This document shows positions 19,222 to 29,419 of a stretch of DNA of 64,000 nt, piece by piece (within the stretch, counting starts at the first letter, position 1; each line of letters begins with the position of its first letter). The translations under genes and the position numbers were made by a program. The notes under the pieces are model-generated. The model had not been told where the DNA came from and did not search any database. It saw only the letters and a program-made list of their open reading frames with translations. The stretch is taken from positions 1-64,000 of IMG/VR virus record IMGVR_UViG_3300037313_001002. The stretch is one strand, 5' to 3'. This stretch comes from a virus. Its lineage: Duplodnaviria > Caudoviricetes.

Positions 19222-21429
19222 TTAGACGTACTGCTCGTAAAAATGAACCACGGTCGTATCTTCCTGCGGTGGTCTTGTATATCTTGAGCGCGGGATTGAT
19301 GCACTGTAATAAGCCCACCCTGTCGAAACACCCAAATCCTTCTTCCCCCTATTAGCATAATTCATGGATAAAAGCTGTTCCAACAAATCAACATGATCTA
19401 TAGTGTTCCACCATTTGCAGCTTAAAGTAGTTAGAAAAGAAAAATAAGCGTCAATATTCCCTTCCGTTGCTGAAACACCCTCACGTTCCTCCTGTCCACG
19501 GTAGTTTTTGTAACTGGTAGGACGTTCCATTTTATAAAGTTCATAACCCCTTAACGAAAGATAGGTAAATAAAGCGGCTGACTTATTTTTTTCTACTAAG
19601 CAATCCGTACCGAAATAAACCATTGTTAATATCCAGTCCTCAAAATATTCATTCGGGTCACCGCTTGTTGTCGCCCGGTCAAAAAGATAAGTACAAACAA
19701 CCCTGTTAGTAATAAAATTAGCCCCACCGTCAACAGGGTCACCGATTACTATTCCTCTTGACGGGTCATCAAACTGGTAATATCGGTCAGGCGAACCGTC
19801 TATAAACTCATTTAAGCGCGCCAAAACCGTTATAGCACCCTTTGATGGGTCATCATCCAGTACCGTTTTTTGATCGATAGGGTCAGTTGCAGAACAGAAC
19901 ACATGCGTATTAGCGGGTTTTGGTGAGATAATACCCCTGACCTTTGCATTTGGTTCTACACCAAAATCTTTAGGGTGCTTAGAAATAAGCCATTTTCCCT
20001 TTGGATTAGGCTCCCAAACAACTACCGTATCTTTAACGCCGTCTTTCCATTTAAGGTTTCCGCGCACCGTTAGACTTTTTGGTGCTTCATTGCAAACATA
20101 AAAATAACGCGCTTCGAGTTTCAATACATCGAACTGCGAATTATCATTTGCACCTTTAAATACATCGTCAATAGTTAAACAGTTCTTCCTTCGGTAACTT
20201 ATAACACCCTTAATATCCCCTTTTTCCATTAGGATTTTGATGGTACTGTTTATTTCTTCAAGCGTCTTTTCTTTTAAAGGGAACCCCCATCTGTCAACAT
20301 CACCCCTGTCAATAGCATTCCTGAATATCCTGTAAAGCCCGTTGGCTGTTTTCCCATCAATGGTACGCGCTGACGGGTCTGCCTGCGTCCATATTTTCAA
20401 AGCCCATGCCAGACAATCGGGTGTTATTTCTTCCACCGTAGATGTAAGCAATAGAAAACCCATCTTTTTATTCAGTATTTTACTGTATGAGGCTTCGCGC
20501 ATTACCCTTATCCATTCAACAGGGTCAAGTTTACCATCCGATTTACCAAACTCATCTAAATAAGCCCTGCCTACCGTTGCACCGTCAAACTCATTTGCTT
20601 TAGATGGGCCGAAATAGAATTGTGAATTTATTTCCGGATATTCATAATCTTCGGATGACGAACGGTTAACCATTTCCCCGGCTTTTATCTTTTCACGGAT
20701 AGAAGCATGTGTTTGATGCTGTGCAGGATAACTAAGGTTAAGTCCTTTTTTGGGGTCTTCCGTTCCCTGATTTAAAGGGCGGAAATAATAAATCATTTTC
20801 TTATGCCCATGAACCAAACGGATATAAGTTTTCTTAGCATGTCCCTCGTTGATGCAGGATTGAATGGTATTTATCGTACCCCTCACGCGACTACCGTAAT
20901 CCCACATAATTAGTATAATATTTTCAGTATCACCAATTTGTCTACATTTAAAGTCACAAATACCATCGCATTTCGGGTCATACAGGGCAAAAAGAAAAAA
21001 GTTAAAAAACTCCCAATCTGAAAATTTATAAATGAACTCATTACCTGTAATAGAAGTCCAATGGTTCATTTTCATCCATAATAGACCGGGTATATAAGTT
21101 TTTTTACCTTTAATGAAAAACCAAACTCCATGCCTGCGCCTGTTCCACTCGGAATCTATAAAAGCATCAATATCTTCCTGCGACCACCCATCTTTCATAT
21201 TGGGACTTAAAACCTGTTTAGGTATTAAAGTTCTGCGAAATATTTGCTCATGTTCGGGCAAGCCAAAATTAACGCAATGGCTGTCAGGTGGTGCAGCGGG
21301 TAATGGGATTTTATATTCGTAAATATCAACAATTTCGGAAGTTTCATCCCAATGCAGGTTATAGTAAGGCATACCTTGCATATCGATATACTTATCGTCA
21401 CGACTAATCCTTTTCTTCCAATTAATCAT
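19222..21429 (-). CDS. terL: terminase large subunit
   Basis: Walker A-like FKCRQIGDT, Walker B AYLDEFGK, LTST motif, nuclease ATDPID, C-terminal KDLGVSTGW. Confidence 0.9.
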   Translation of the reverse strand: MINWKKRISRDDKYIDMQGMPYYNLHWDETSEIVDIYEYKIPLPAAPPDSHCVNFGLPEHEQIFRRTLIPKQVLSPNMKDGWSQEDIDAFIDSEWNRRRHGVWFFIKGKKTYIPGLLWMKMNHWTSITGNEFIYKFSDWEFFNFFLFALYDPKCDGICDFKCRQIGDTENIILIMWDYGSRVRGTINTIQSCINEGHAKKTYIRLVHGHKKMIYYFRPLNQGTEDPKKGLNLSYPAQHQTHASIREKIKAGEMVNRSSSEDYEYPEINSQFYFGPSKANEFDGATVGRAYLDEFGKSDGKLDPVEWIRVMREASYSKILNKKMGFLLLTSTVEEITPDCLAWALKIWTQADPSARTIDGKTANGLYRIFRNAIDRGDVDRWGFPLKEKTLEEINSTIKILMEKGDIKGVISYRRKNCLTIDDVFKGANDNSQFDVLKLEARYFYVCNEAPKSLTVRGNLKWKDGVKDTVVVWEPNPKGKWLISKHPKDFGVEPNAKVRGIISPKPANTHVFCSATDPIDQKTVLDDDPSKGAITVLARLNEFIDGSPDRYYQFDDPSRGIVIGDPVDGGANFITNRVVCTYLFDRATTSGDPNEYFEDWILTMVYFGTDCLVEKNKSAALFTYLSLRGYELYKMERPTSYKNYRGQEEREGVSATEGNIDAYFSFLTTLSCKWWNTIDHVDLLEQLLSMNYANRGKKDLGVSTGWAYYSASIPRSRYTRPPQEDTTVVHFYEQYV

Positions 21430-22028
21430 ATATAAGTATTGCTTTCAGCGTATTTTTCAGCATAGGTTATTATCCGTCTGCTTTTCATCAAATTTATCGC
21501 CCTTGCCGCCCTGCTGTCAGGGAAAATTTTTGCTTCAAGGTTTTTAAGGTCTGTACCTATTTTTTTTAAATGATTCTGAACCTTTACTCGCCTGTCAACA
21601 TAATCGTCAATATTTTCATCACTATTTCTTTTTCGGTGTGATTCAACGACAAGCACATCATAGGTCTGCTTTGTAGTTTGGTATTCAGTCCAGTCTATAT
21701 CGTGACAGAAACGCAAATAAGCTGAAAGACATTCTAAAACATCATCATTCTCATAAATAAGAACTTCATGGAAAAATTTTTTATCCTTTTCGGTTTTTAA
21801 TGGAATTTCTATAAACTCAAAAAGCGAATTAAGCATAAGTTCCCTGTCCTTGATTCGAACAAAAGGACTATCCGGGTCGGAAGATGCACTGGCAATTTTA
21901 ATATAAACATCATCTTTGCAATCCCTAAATTCCTCAAAAGCCGTTAATTGCGGAAAAAAATCCAGTAACGGTGTTCCTTTAGGGCATTTGGTAAAATCAA
22001 TAGCGCATTTAGACAGATCGTAACTCAT
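21426..22028 (-). CDS. hypothetical protein coupled to terL
   Basis: ATGA overlap with terL; function not recognised. Confidence 0.5.
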   Translation of the reverse strand: MSYDLSKCAIDFTKCPKGTPLLDFFPQLTAFEEFRDCKDDVYIKIASASSDPDSPFVRIKDRELMLNSLFEFIEIPLKTEKDKKFFHEVLIYENDDVLECLSAYLRFCHDIDWTEYQTTKQTYDVLVVESHRKRNSDENIDDYVDRRVKVQNHLKKIGTDLKNLEAKIFPDSRAARAINLMKSRRIITYAEKYAESNTYI

Positions 22029-22822
22029 TCCACCTTTCCATAAATATCTTTCCGCTGTATGCGTAAAAGTCTTTTCTCGTCAAATATACGATGTAAACCA
22101 AACTCTAATTCTTTGGCATATCGCGGGTCGTAAATTATTCTTTCGGCTATTTGGTTGCCGTCCCTTATTCCACGAAGCTCCAGATATGCTTTTACCCGTG
22201 TGCCGCAATAGCGAACTTTAGCATAGGCATGACTGCGTGTTTTATGGTCTTTTACGTGCAACTGCTTGATAAATCCTTCGGTGTCTGCTTCCTGAACTTC
22301 ATTCTCCACCAAAACATTACCGTTGAGCATAATTACTTCATTATCTCTTTTTGCCAGTATCAGGTCATCGTATTTTACCATCATCATTGTTCCCTGTGAG
22401 GTAGGAACCCACCGTCCGTAGGTGTCAGCCATCATGTGCGCCATATACTCGAAATAAACCCTGTCCCCAACTTCGACCTCAACTTCGGTATCAAAGCGCA
22501 CCGAATCAAGCCTAAGGCTGTCTATTTCGCGCTGTACCGATGGTTCCCTTGTGGTGTTGGTGTCCCGGCGCGGCATGTGCCTGTCCTGTAATTCCCAAAT
22601 CTTATAACCGTTAAAAACGAGTTTTTCAGGAACCTGATAAACAATACCGCTTATAGAAATATGTTGCTGTTTAGCAGATATTTCGTTTTGTTTTTCATCC
22701 TTATAAACCAACGGTGCTAAAATACCCGTTTCCTTGCCTTCCATTTGGTAAGTTTCAAAATCTTCGTCAGGCTTGACTAAAACGTAGTTATGCGGTATGC
22801 GCAACTTATTCGGGTCAATCAT
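22025..22822 (-). CDS. GroES-like co-chaperonin with two tandem domains
   Basis: LRIPHNYVLVKP...GILAP...VEVGDRVYF...MMVKYDDLIL, then a second MLNGNVLVE...AKVRYCG...LLRIQRKDIYG unit. Confidence 0.75.
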   Translation of the reverse strand: MIDPNKLRIPHNYVLVKPDEDFETYQMEGKETGILAPLVYKDEKQNEISAKQQHISISGIVYQVPEKLVFNGYKIWELQDRHMPRRDTNTTREPSVQREIDSLRLDSVRFDTEVEVEVGDRVYFEYMAHMMADTYGRWVPTSQGTMMMVKYDDLILAKRDNEVIMLNGNVLVENEVQEADTEGFIKQLHVKDHKTRSHAYAKVRYCGTRVKAYLELRGIRDGNQIAERIIYDPRYAKELEFGLHRIFDEKRLLRIQRKDIYGKVE

Positions 22823-23811
22823 AATAACTTCATAATTTGGCCGTGCCTTTGCTGGTTAACTTTTGAAAGCAACAAGTTTTCTTTGATGTATGCCCATGCT
22901 TTTTCATTTTCCTCCTCCAATTCTTTCAGGGTATCGGGAAACTGTTTTATGGTCGCCAAATCAATATCCAAATTTTCTATCGGAAAAATTGATTCGTGGC
23001 TAAATTCAGACAGTTCAGTATTGCCATAAAGCACACCACCCGCATAAGTGATTTCAAGCCAACTGATATTTGATTTGCAACGGTTAAATTCATTGTTTAC
23101 CAATGGAAATATAAGAATATTCGGGTTATAATCCAACAGTGCATTGAAATATTGCAAGGTATCAGATGCTCCGCGCCTTAAATAATTGTTTTTGCATCTC
23201 ATTTCGAGGTACGTAAACGACCAACCCCAGAAGTTAAAAGTCCAGTCGGTATTTTTATTGATTACACGGATGAGATCATCTGCGTTTTCATAAACATCCA
23301 TTTCATGCGTACTCCCACCTCTCCAAAGGCAATAACGGGTATCATGATTAAATTTCAGCTTTTTTTCTTCCGGGAAAAGATAATTGTTCCAAGCGTTAGG
23401 AATTACAGTGATATTCTTGTTAAACTTCTCGTAAACCGATTTAATCATTTCAGTGGTAACCCAAATTTCATCCGACATTCTTAGGCATTTAAGGATATTG
23501 ATGCGCATATCCTGATAAAACTGCCATGTAGGATTATCCATACCTACCGCGAAAAGATTGTCATCAAAATCTGTTATGACCTTTGCTCCCTTGTCTTTAG
23601 CCAACTGAATTATATTCACATGGTCTGGCGTACATGGTCGATGAATAAATAAAACATCAGCAAGTAATACCGTTGTCCAATTCCAGTCGGCAATACCAGA
23701 AGCGTTAATAATTTCATACTCATCACTGTTCAGATAATATAATGGCGCAGTGCGCCAAAAAGCCGTATTGTCATACTCTATCGGACTAAAACACAGTATT
23801 TTTTTCTTCAT
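22819..23811 (-). CDS. glycosyltransferase (GT-B-like)
   Basis: DVLFIHRP...VITDFDDNL, DEIWVTT...VIPNAW, FNRCKSNISWLE. Confidence 0.75.
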   Translation of the reverse strand: MKKKILCFSPIEYDNTAFWRTAPLYYLNSDEYEIINASGIADWNWTTVLLADVLFIHRPCTPDHVNIIQLAKDKGAKVITDFDDNLFAVGMDNPTWQFYQDMRINILKCLRMSDEIWVTTEMIKSVYEKFNKNITVIPNAWNNYLFPEEKKLKFNHDTRYCLWRGGSTHEMDVYENADDLIRVINKNTDWTFNFWGWSFTYLEMRCKNNYLRRGASDTLQYFNALLDYNPNILIFPLVNNEFNRCKSNISWLEITYAGGVLYGNTELSEFSHESIFPIENLDIDLATIKQFPDTLKELEEENEKAWAYIKENLLLSKVNQQRHGQIMKLL

Positions 23812-23939
23812 GTCTTTTAAATAAGTTTGGGAGTTAAGAATTTTTTAGCAACAAGAAATTACAAAGGACTACGCCCCTCCCAAACTGTTCCTTAAATATT
23901 TTGATTGATGGCATGGCCTTTTTACTCTTGTTGCTTCTT

Positions 23940-23983
23940 CAAATATAGCACGAAAAATAGTAGATTTTTTCAGCCTATCTTTA
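23940..23983. promoter_or_regulatory. divergent Bacteroidota-type -7 boxes
   Basis: TATATTTG on minus (23940-23947) and TATCTTTA on plus (23976-23983). Confidence 0.5.
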
Positions 23984-24024
23984 GGCAGTTAACAAAGTTT
24001 CCAACTTAGAAAAAAGTAACAGTT

Positions 24025-24267
24025 ATGCCAAGCGTACAATGTACCATCATGCGCGGCCCCGGAAACAGCGCAAATACCCCCTATCCAGCGTCATACGTTG
24101 GCATAGTAGCAGGTTCAGTAATAGCAACTAAACCTTACGCGGGTAATCAACCGGGAGTAAACACAGTTCTTAAAGTGCGTTCTAACAACAGTCGTACCTT
24201 GAGGATTACAGATACTTACTACGTGAATGAAACAGAAGCTACTATTTGGAGTACACTCAAGTCTTAG
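24025..24267 (+). CDS. 80-aa beta-rich hypothetical protein, opposite strand to its cluster
   Basis: Own promoter box upstream; C-terminal YYVNETEATI weakly resembles FlbD-like proteins. Confidence 0.5.
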   Translation: MPSVQCTIMRGPGNSANTPYPASYVGIVAGSVIATKPYAGNQPGVNTVLKVRSNNSRTLRITDTYYVNETEATIWSTLKS

Positions 24268-24620
24268 GCTTGAATTGCCAGTGGTAGAATAATTTCAGGA
24301 AAAGGTATCCAAAGCTGCATAGGGTCAACAAACCTTATGCGGCTTTTTTGTTGGGGAACTATTAGCGGAACCACTACACATTCTTCCTGTGGCGGTCTTT
24401 TCATCCAAAAATTTAGAGCGGGGGGAGCCATATTCTTTATGGCATTGAAACACTCGGTAGGTGTATAACGCCTGTTATTGCGGTAGGTTACCGCGCATTG
24501 GTTACAGGTTTCTTCGTAGATGTGCATTGCAAGCTCAAACAGATAGATTTCCCTTTCATCCTCATTTTTCCAGTAAGGATGATGAAGCATCTCATCTATT
24601 GTGCCTGCTATGCTGCTCAT
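24264..24620 (-). CDS. hypothetical protein
   Basis: 118 aa with a CxxC; coupled to the upstream basic protein. Confidence 0.45.
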   Translation of the reverse strand: MSSIAGTIDEMLHHPYWKNEDEREIYLFELAMHIYEETCNQCAVTYRNNRRYTPTECFNAIKNMAPPALNFWMKRPPQEECVVVPLIVPQQKSRIRFVDPMQLWIPFPEIILPLAIQA

Positions 24621-24778
24621 TTACCTTTTACACGATTTAAACGTGGATTAGCTTTTTTTGCGGCACTTGATGCATTTCTACTGGCTTTTGCCACAATAGC
24701 CCCTGCTACTTTTTTAGAGTATCCCTCTTTTTGTACTTTAGCTTGCGCTCCTTTAAATCCGATGTGTTTTGTTGCCAT
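24617..24778 (-). CDS. small very basic protein, 53 aa (not in ORF track)
   Basis: Hand translation MATKHIGFKGAQAKVQKEGYSKKVAGAIVAKASRNASSAAKKANPRLNRVKGK; ATGA overlap with next gene. Confidence 0.65.
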   Translation of the reverse strand: MATKHIGFKGAQAKVQKEGYSKKVAGAIVAKASRNASSAAKKANPRLNRVKGK

Positions 24779-24802
24779 GATAAGAATTTTCCTATAAATT
24801 TA

Positions 24803-25474
24803 CTATGACTGATTGGACATTTCCAAATGATAGGGATAATAAATTTTTGGTGAGCTTATCTCTTTAAAGAAAACGTCCTGATTTTGCAGGATAAAATCTT
24901 CTTTATATTCTTCTCCTTTCCAGTGGCTTCTCACGAAATTATGCTGTTCTGCGCCCTCTTTATCCAAGTCCCATGAATAAATGAACTTTTCCCAACCGTT
25001 TACACTCACATACCAACTTGGTGTTAGCCCTGCCTGATGTATGCGCCATGAATAGCCCGCGTGTTCGTAACCATACTTTCCGTATTCTGAATTAATGTAA
25101 CCAACCTTTTCAATGACTTTTCGGGTCAGGAACATCATACAACCCGTGCCTGTTTGATAAAGGGAAACAATGGGTGTCTTTTGAATAAGTTCATTATGGT
25201 TGGGTTTGCAAAGAACAAAATGCTCAATACCTGTCTTTTTATGGGCGTTTATAAAAAAGTCTGCCCATCCGTCTTTTATAGGGAAACAATCGTGGTCGAA
25301 AATGAAAATGCTTTCGCAGCCATCGGCATATAATTCTGAAATTAAATAATTTTTGTCGTTAGCAATCGTATTATGAACATCACAATTTATCAGCCTGCAA
25401 TATGGTGGTCTTACTTTGTTCAGCCTGTCAAACCAGTTTTTATCGCCAGTAACACCAATTCCTATCTTTTCCAT
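24803..25474 (-). CDS. GT-A (family 2-like) glycosyltransferase
   Basis: IFIFDHDCFP DxD motif; FLTRKVIEKVGY...YGYEHAGYSWR. Confidence 0.75.
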   Translation of the reverse strand: MEKIGIGVTGDKNWFDRLNKVRPPYCRLINCDVHNTIANDKNYLISELYADGCESIFIFDHDCFPIKDGWADFFINAHKKTGIEHFVLCKPNHNELIQKTPIVSLYQTGTGCMMFLTRKVIEKVGYINSEYGKYGYEHAGYSWRIHQAGLTPSWYVSVNGWEKFIYSWDLDKEGAEQHNFVRSHWKGEEYKEDFILQNQDVFFKEISSPKIYYPYHLEMSNQS

Positions 25475-26103
25475 TTAGCTACCCTTTCCTGAATATCTTT
25501 TTCACCGTATAAAGCCCAATTAGCTTTGTCCTGTTCAATTATTTCTGCTTTGTTGGGTACAACATTGACCGATTGGCTACCGCCGTTATAGTGGTTGCAA
25601 ATAAGTCCTGATTTGACTACGGTCTGATAGCCCAACCTACGCAACACAGTGTAAATAAATTCGTCACCATGCCAAAGTTTTACGTATTCGGGTATAGGGA
25701 ACACAATTTCAACCATTTCCCGGCTTAAATGAATAAAAACTCCCGGTGTTCCCTCTGTCACTACAACATCTTCGATATGGCTTCCATCAGTTGGTACGCA
25801 GATTTGCTTTGGATTAAGTTTTTTACTCCAACCCGCTTGCATAATCAGATCAGAGTTCATAATGATAAGCGTTTCGTAACCGCTTTCTAAAAACGCTTCC
25901 ATAATCTGATTCCAGCTTCTATTTACAAATTGGTTTTCCTCGTTGGTGATGACAAAAATATCTTCCCGTAAAAGCATCAACTTGGTTTCGTCATCGGAAT
26001 TATTATCCACTACCAATACATCAGCTTCCGGCCAAACGCTGTCAATAGCCATTTCTGTTAATTTAGCATGGCCTATTGTGGGAATACCAACTAAACAGCG
26101 CAT
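25462..26103 (-). CDS. GT-A (family 2-like) glycosyltransferase
   Basis: VLVVDNNS, NRSWNQ, IIMNSDL, WHGDEF. Confidence 0.8.
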   Translation of the reverse strand: MRCLVGIPTIGHAKLTEMAIDSVWPEADVLVVDNNSDDETKLMLLREDIFVITNEENQFVNRSWNQIMEAFLESGYETLIIMNSDLIMQAGWSKKLNPKQICVPTDGSHIEDVVVTEGTPGVFIHLSREMVEIVFPIPEYVKLWHGDEFIYTVLRRLGYQTVVKSGLICNHYNGGSQSVNVVPNKAEIIEQDKANWALYGEKDIQERVAKWKR

Positions 26104-26666
26104 CGTTCAATTATTGTTAAGCCGTTGTTTGTAGGGATTTTAAAAATAACCCTAAAAGTTCCCTGCATTAAAAACGGTTCTAATGCAAACTTTAATCCGC
26201 GTCCGCAAGCAACGTCTGCCGGAATGCCTTCATAGGGAATTTCACCATTGATAAAATAAGTTTCTGTGTCGTGAAAACCAATATATTTCCTTACTTTACC
26301 TGAATGTCGTGCTAACTCCCGTTCAAGCTGTGTGGCTGTATGGAATGTGTCTATGAATAAAAAGTCAGTTTCCTCAATGTCTGCTTTTAAAACATCTTGC
26401 TGTATAAACTCAAAATTAACACCACATTCTTTGGCTAATTTTTCAGCTTCATCAACAGCCTCCCAACGCGAAATATCATAACTAATTAACTTTTTAGGAT
26501 TAGCCGCTAAAAAAGCATACGTTGATGTGGGATTTCTAACACCCATTTCAGTGATATGTTCACATTCTTTGGCATATTGGTACAGATAGGGCAATAATTC
26601 ATGAATATCGCTCGGTTGTGCGCATTTTTCGTCGTATTTGTCCAGTATAGGTTGTAGTTTATTCAT
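26091..26666 (-). CDS. class I SAM-dependent methyltransferase (Methyltransf_24-like)
   Basis: ITEMGVR, ISYDI, FLFIDTFH, IGFHDT; start moved to the ATG at 26666. Confidence 0.8.
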   Translation of the reverse strand: MNKLQPILDKYDEKCAQPSDIHELLPYLYQYAKECEHITEMGVRNPTSTYAFLAANPKKLISYDISRWEAVDEAEKLAKECGVNFEFIQQDVLKADIEETDFLFIDTFHTATQLERELARHSGKVRKYIGFHDTETYFINGEIPYEGIPADVACGRGLKFALEPFLMQGTFRVIFKIPTNNGLTIIERCAV

Positions 26667-27144
26667 GATTAAAAATAAAGTTATCAATATCTTCGCTTAA
26701 AAGTAAATGTGCGTTTTTTAAAATTCTTTCATCATCCCAATTCCACCATGCTATTTTTAGCAATGAGTTTATCGTATGACGCGGGAAACGTAGCCATGTT
26801 TTATGACCTGCTTTTACCGTAAATGGCTCCAAATCTTTTGTTACTACGGTATTCATTCCGATTACACAACCATCACCTATCGTCACTCCGCTTGCAATCA
26901 TAGCGTTTTCACAAATCCAGCAATCAGAACCCACGCAGATGTCGCCGTTCATCTTAATGTTTGATGGCAACTCATTCCAAATCTTTTTTAAAGGGAACGT
27001 GGTTACCATTTTGTAATTATGATTAAAACCAGAATCCCAAATTACGCCTGTTGCTATTGACGAAAAGTTGCCGACAATGACCTTATTCATATTCCCCCTG
27101 AATATTGGGTCACAAGCATAGCTATGTCTGCCCAACTCAATCAT
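26659..27144 (-). CDS. hexapeptide-repeat (LbH) O-acetyltransferase, CatB/Vat-like
   Basis: VGNFSSIATGV, VGSDCWICENAMIASGVTIGDGCVIG, IAWWNWD. Confidence 0.85.
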   Translation of the reverse strand: MIELGRHSYACDPIFRGNMNKVIVGNFSSIATGVIWDSGFNHNYKMVTTFPLKKIWNELPSNIKMNGDICVGSDCWICENAMIASGVTIGDGCVIGMNTVVTKDLEPFTVKAGHKTWLRFPRHTINSLLKIAWWNWDDERILKNAHLLLSEDIDNFIFNHE

Positions 27145-27682
27145 ATTGCGTCATTATTTGTTTAACCTGATTAGGCGTTAAATACTTATCTATCGCATGG
27201 TAACCAAGTGAACCAAGCGAAAAACAAGCTTCAACAGAAAAATTTTTGCATACTTCTCGTGGTGCTAAGTTCATCCCAAACTGCTTCATAGCGTTACCGT
27301 AGAAGACATCTTCATTGCCGTATATCGATGGATTGTATGGTGATTTATTAATAATTTCAAGCATAGCATCGCGTTTTCTCAAACTCAAACCCCCGTTACC
27401 ACCATGTTCCTGCCAACTCCACGATGCGCCAACATAATCCCATTCCAAAAAATCCTCTATCCCGTTGCGTAAAAGCCCTGAATCTGCCTGAAAAATTAAA
27501 ACTACATCGGTCATGCTTTCCCAAAAATGTTTTGAGGTCATAAACAGGTTATAGTCATGTATGGAGTAAATCGGTGGCGTTAAATGAACAATAGCCCAAT
27601 CGGATGGCAGGAATTTAGCGTGACGATCAATAGCGTCTCCAATTGGTCTGTTATCGATAATTACAGCACTTTTCGTACTCAT
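27137..27682 (-). CDS. DUF5672-like protein (GT-A-like)
   Basis: VLIFQADS, WDYVGASW, GGNGGLSLR, NEDVFY. Confidence 0.75.
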   Translation of the reverse strand: MSTKSAVIIDNRPIGDAIDRHAKFLPSDWAIVHLTPPIYSIHDYNLFMTSKHFWESMTDVVLIFQADSGLLRNGIEDFLEWDYVGASWSWQEHGGNGGLSLRKRDAMLEIINKSPYNPSIYGNEDVFYGNAMKQFGMNLAPREVCKNFSVEACFSLGSLGYHAIDKYLTPNQVKQIMTQYD

Positions 27683-28482
27683 GGTATCACGTCTAAATTG
27701 TAATAGGGGTGCTGTTTAAGACTTTCCGGTAAAGTTATTTTATCAAAAAATATGGGAACCCAAATGCCGAAAGCGACAAGATGAACGCCGTTTTCTATTT
27801 CCATTCCCGGCTCCCATTTCATGTAAATGTCTGAAAACCAGTTAGTTCTGATTTCATCTTTATGACCGTGAACCAATAATTTATACTTAATTAGTTCACT
27901 ATCCTGCGCTGTTGAAAAATGATAAACCTTACAAGGGACAACGCCCTCTCCGGCAGGATTGTGTAAATTGATAAATCTTATTGGCGTAAACCCATCATAA
28001 CACGCCCAATTGAATGATTTCCAAAAATTGATAAAGCCAGCAAAACCAATATACCGTTTATCAGATTTCATCGCTAAATCAATCGCATTTGGTAAATCAT
28101 TTTGGTCAAAAACTTCGTCCGCGTCAAAAGCTAAAATACCATCATAGCCATCAGTAAAATTATAAATGTAAGCTCTGTGGTCACCCTCTGTGCCTACGGC
28201 TATTTTATACCATTCTACTTTTGGCGAGGCATTTACAGCTATATCATGTAATTCCTGCTCACTGTCCGGGCAATGCGTGTGCGTCCCGAAACCATAACTT
28301 GGTTCTGCTGAATAAAGTATGATAATGCGCTCTACAAATGGTTCAACGCTTTGGATGGCCTCTTTAAGAAATGGTTTTCCGTAGTGACAAGGACAATATG
28401 CAATCAATTTAGCGTTGTTCATATAGTTGTCGTATTTGCTGTGCCATTTTTGTAAAAGTGTGGTTTTCTTTTGCGAGTTCAT
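27679..28482 (-). CDS. GT-A-like glycosyltransferase
   Basis: FLKEAIQSV, ILAFDADEV; true start may be the ATG at 28422. Confidence 0.65.
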   Translation of the reverse strand: MNSQKKTTLLQKWHSKYDNYMNNAKLIAYCPCHYGKPFLKEAIQSVEPFVERIIILYSAEPSYGFGTHTHCPDSEQELHDIAVNASPKVEWYKIAVGTEGDHRAYIYNFTDGYDGILAFDADEVFDQNDLPNAIDLAMKSDKRYIGFAGFINFWKSFNWACYDGFTPIRFINLHNPAGEGVVPCKVYHFSTAQDSELIKYKLLVHGHKDEIRTNWFSDIYMKWEPGMEIENGVHLVAFGIWVPIFFDKITLPESLKQHPYYNLDVIP

Positions 28483-29338
28483 TTATCCTTTTTCCAAAAG
28501 TTTTAGCTAAATCAAAATATTTTAATGCGAAATCTATTTGTTCTTTTAACATTTGAAAATTTTCCCATAGCCATATATTATTTCCGTTTTCAAAATCTTC
28601 TCTAACAGATTGATAATCATGACTAATAATACAAAGTCCACATCCGGCCATCCTAAACATTCGGTCTGACGTATAACGCTCGTAATCGAAATGGGATAGG
28701 TTTATGCCAATCTTTGCACCCCGGTAAATACATGCCTCCCCGTGTTGATTACCCATGTAATTTCCGTTAGCTAAATCCCCCCAACCACTTCCGTAAAGAC
28801 CAAACCTGTTACCATAGGTACTTCTAAGAAACTGAACCATTTCTTTCCGGTACTGGCTCAATGGAAAGCCACCGCAGTTATTGCCCATGAAAACTATTTC
28901 AGGTGCATCGTATTTTTCGCCGTCAGATTTATAGATTTCAGGGTCATAGCCTATTTGAAGGAAAGATGATTTAAATCCCAAAGCCCTCATTGTCCTGACA
29001 TCTTCCATATTGGAAAAGCAGGTCAGGTCACAACCCCAATGCGCCATTTCGATATAAAAATCCGGCAACGGACTACGAACGTCACCGCTCCAATGTATGA
29101 TAAATGCATTAGTTGCCTTTATATCCTCTATTGTGGATTTTAAAAGACCTTTAGCCTGTATTTGAATAAATACTACATCCGGCTTAAAATAACTCAATAC
29201 AGAGCTTATATTGTCGTTTAAATCGGGTAAGCTGACCGCTATCTCCCTGTATTCATCACAAATACCTTTCATGGCTTTGGTGAACCCATTATCGCTTCCA
29301 TCAGCGTTTACCATGCAGGATATGTTGAGTAGCTTCAT
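28409..29338 (-). CDS. GT-B glycosyltransferase, CgeB/Glyco_trans_1_2-like
   Basis: IVFMGN, FGLYGSGW, YRGAKIGINLSH...TSDRMF. Confidence 0.8.
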   Translation of the reverse strand: MKLLNISCMVNADGSDNGFTKAMKGICDEYREIAVSLPDLNDNISSVLSYFKPDVVFIQIQAKGLLKSTIEDIKATNAFIIHWSGDVRSPLPDFYIEMAHWGCDLTCFSNMEDVRTMRALGFKSSFLQIGYDPEIYKSDGEKYDAPEIVFMGNNCGGFPLSQYRKEMVQFLRSTYGNRFGLYGSGWGDLANGNYMGNQHGEACIYRGAKIGINLSHFDYERYTSDRMFRMAGCGLCIISHDYQSVREDFENGNNIWLWENFQMLKEQIDFALKYFDLAKTFGKRINELAKENHTFTKMAQQIRQLYEQR

Positions 29339-29419
29339 TTATTCAAATGGGTTAAAAGATAGATAGCTTCCAAAATTACCAGCATAAAGATTACAGCACC
29401 CTCATTATCGTTAAGCCAA

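Noticed and set aside
334-22399. Many short plus-strand ORFs overlapping structural genes
   Set aside because: Antisense shadows of long minus-strand genes with no independent signals
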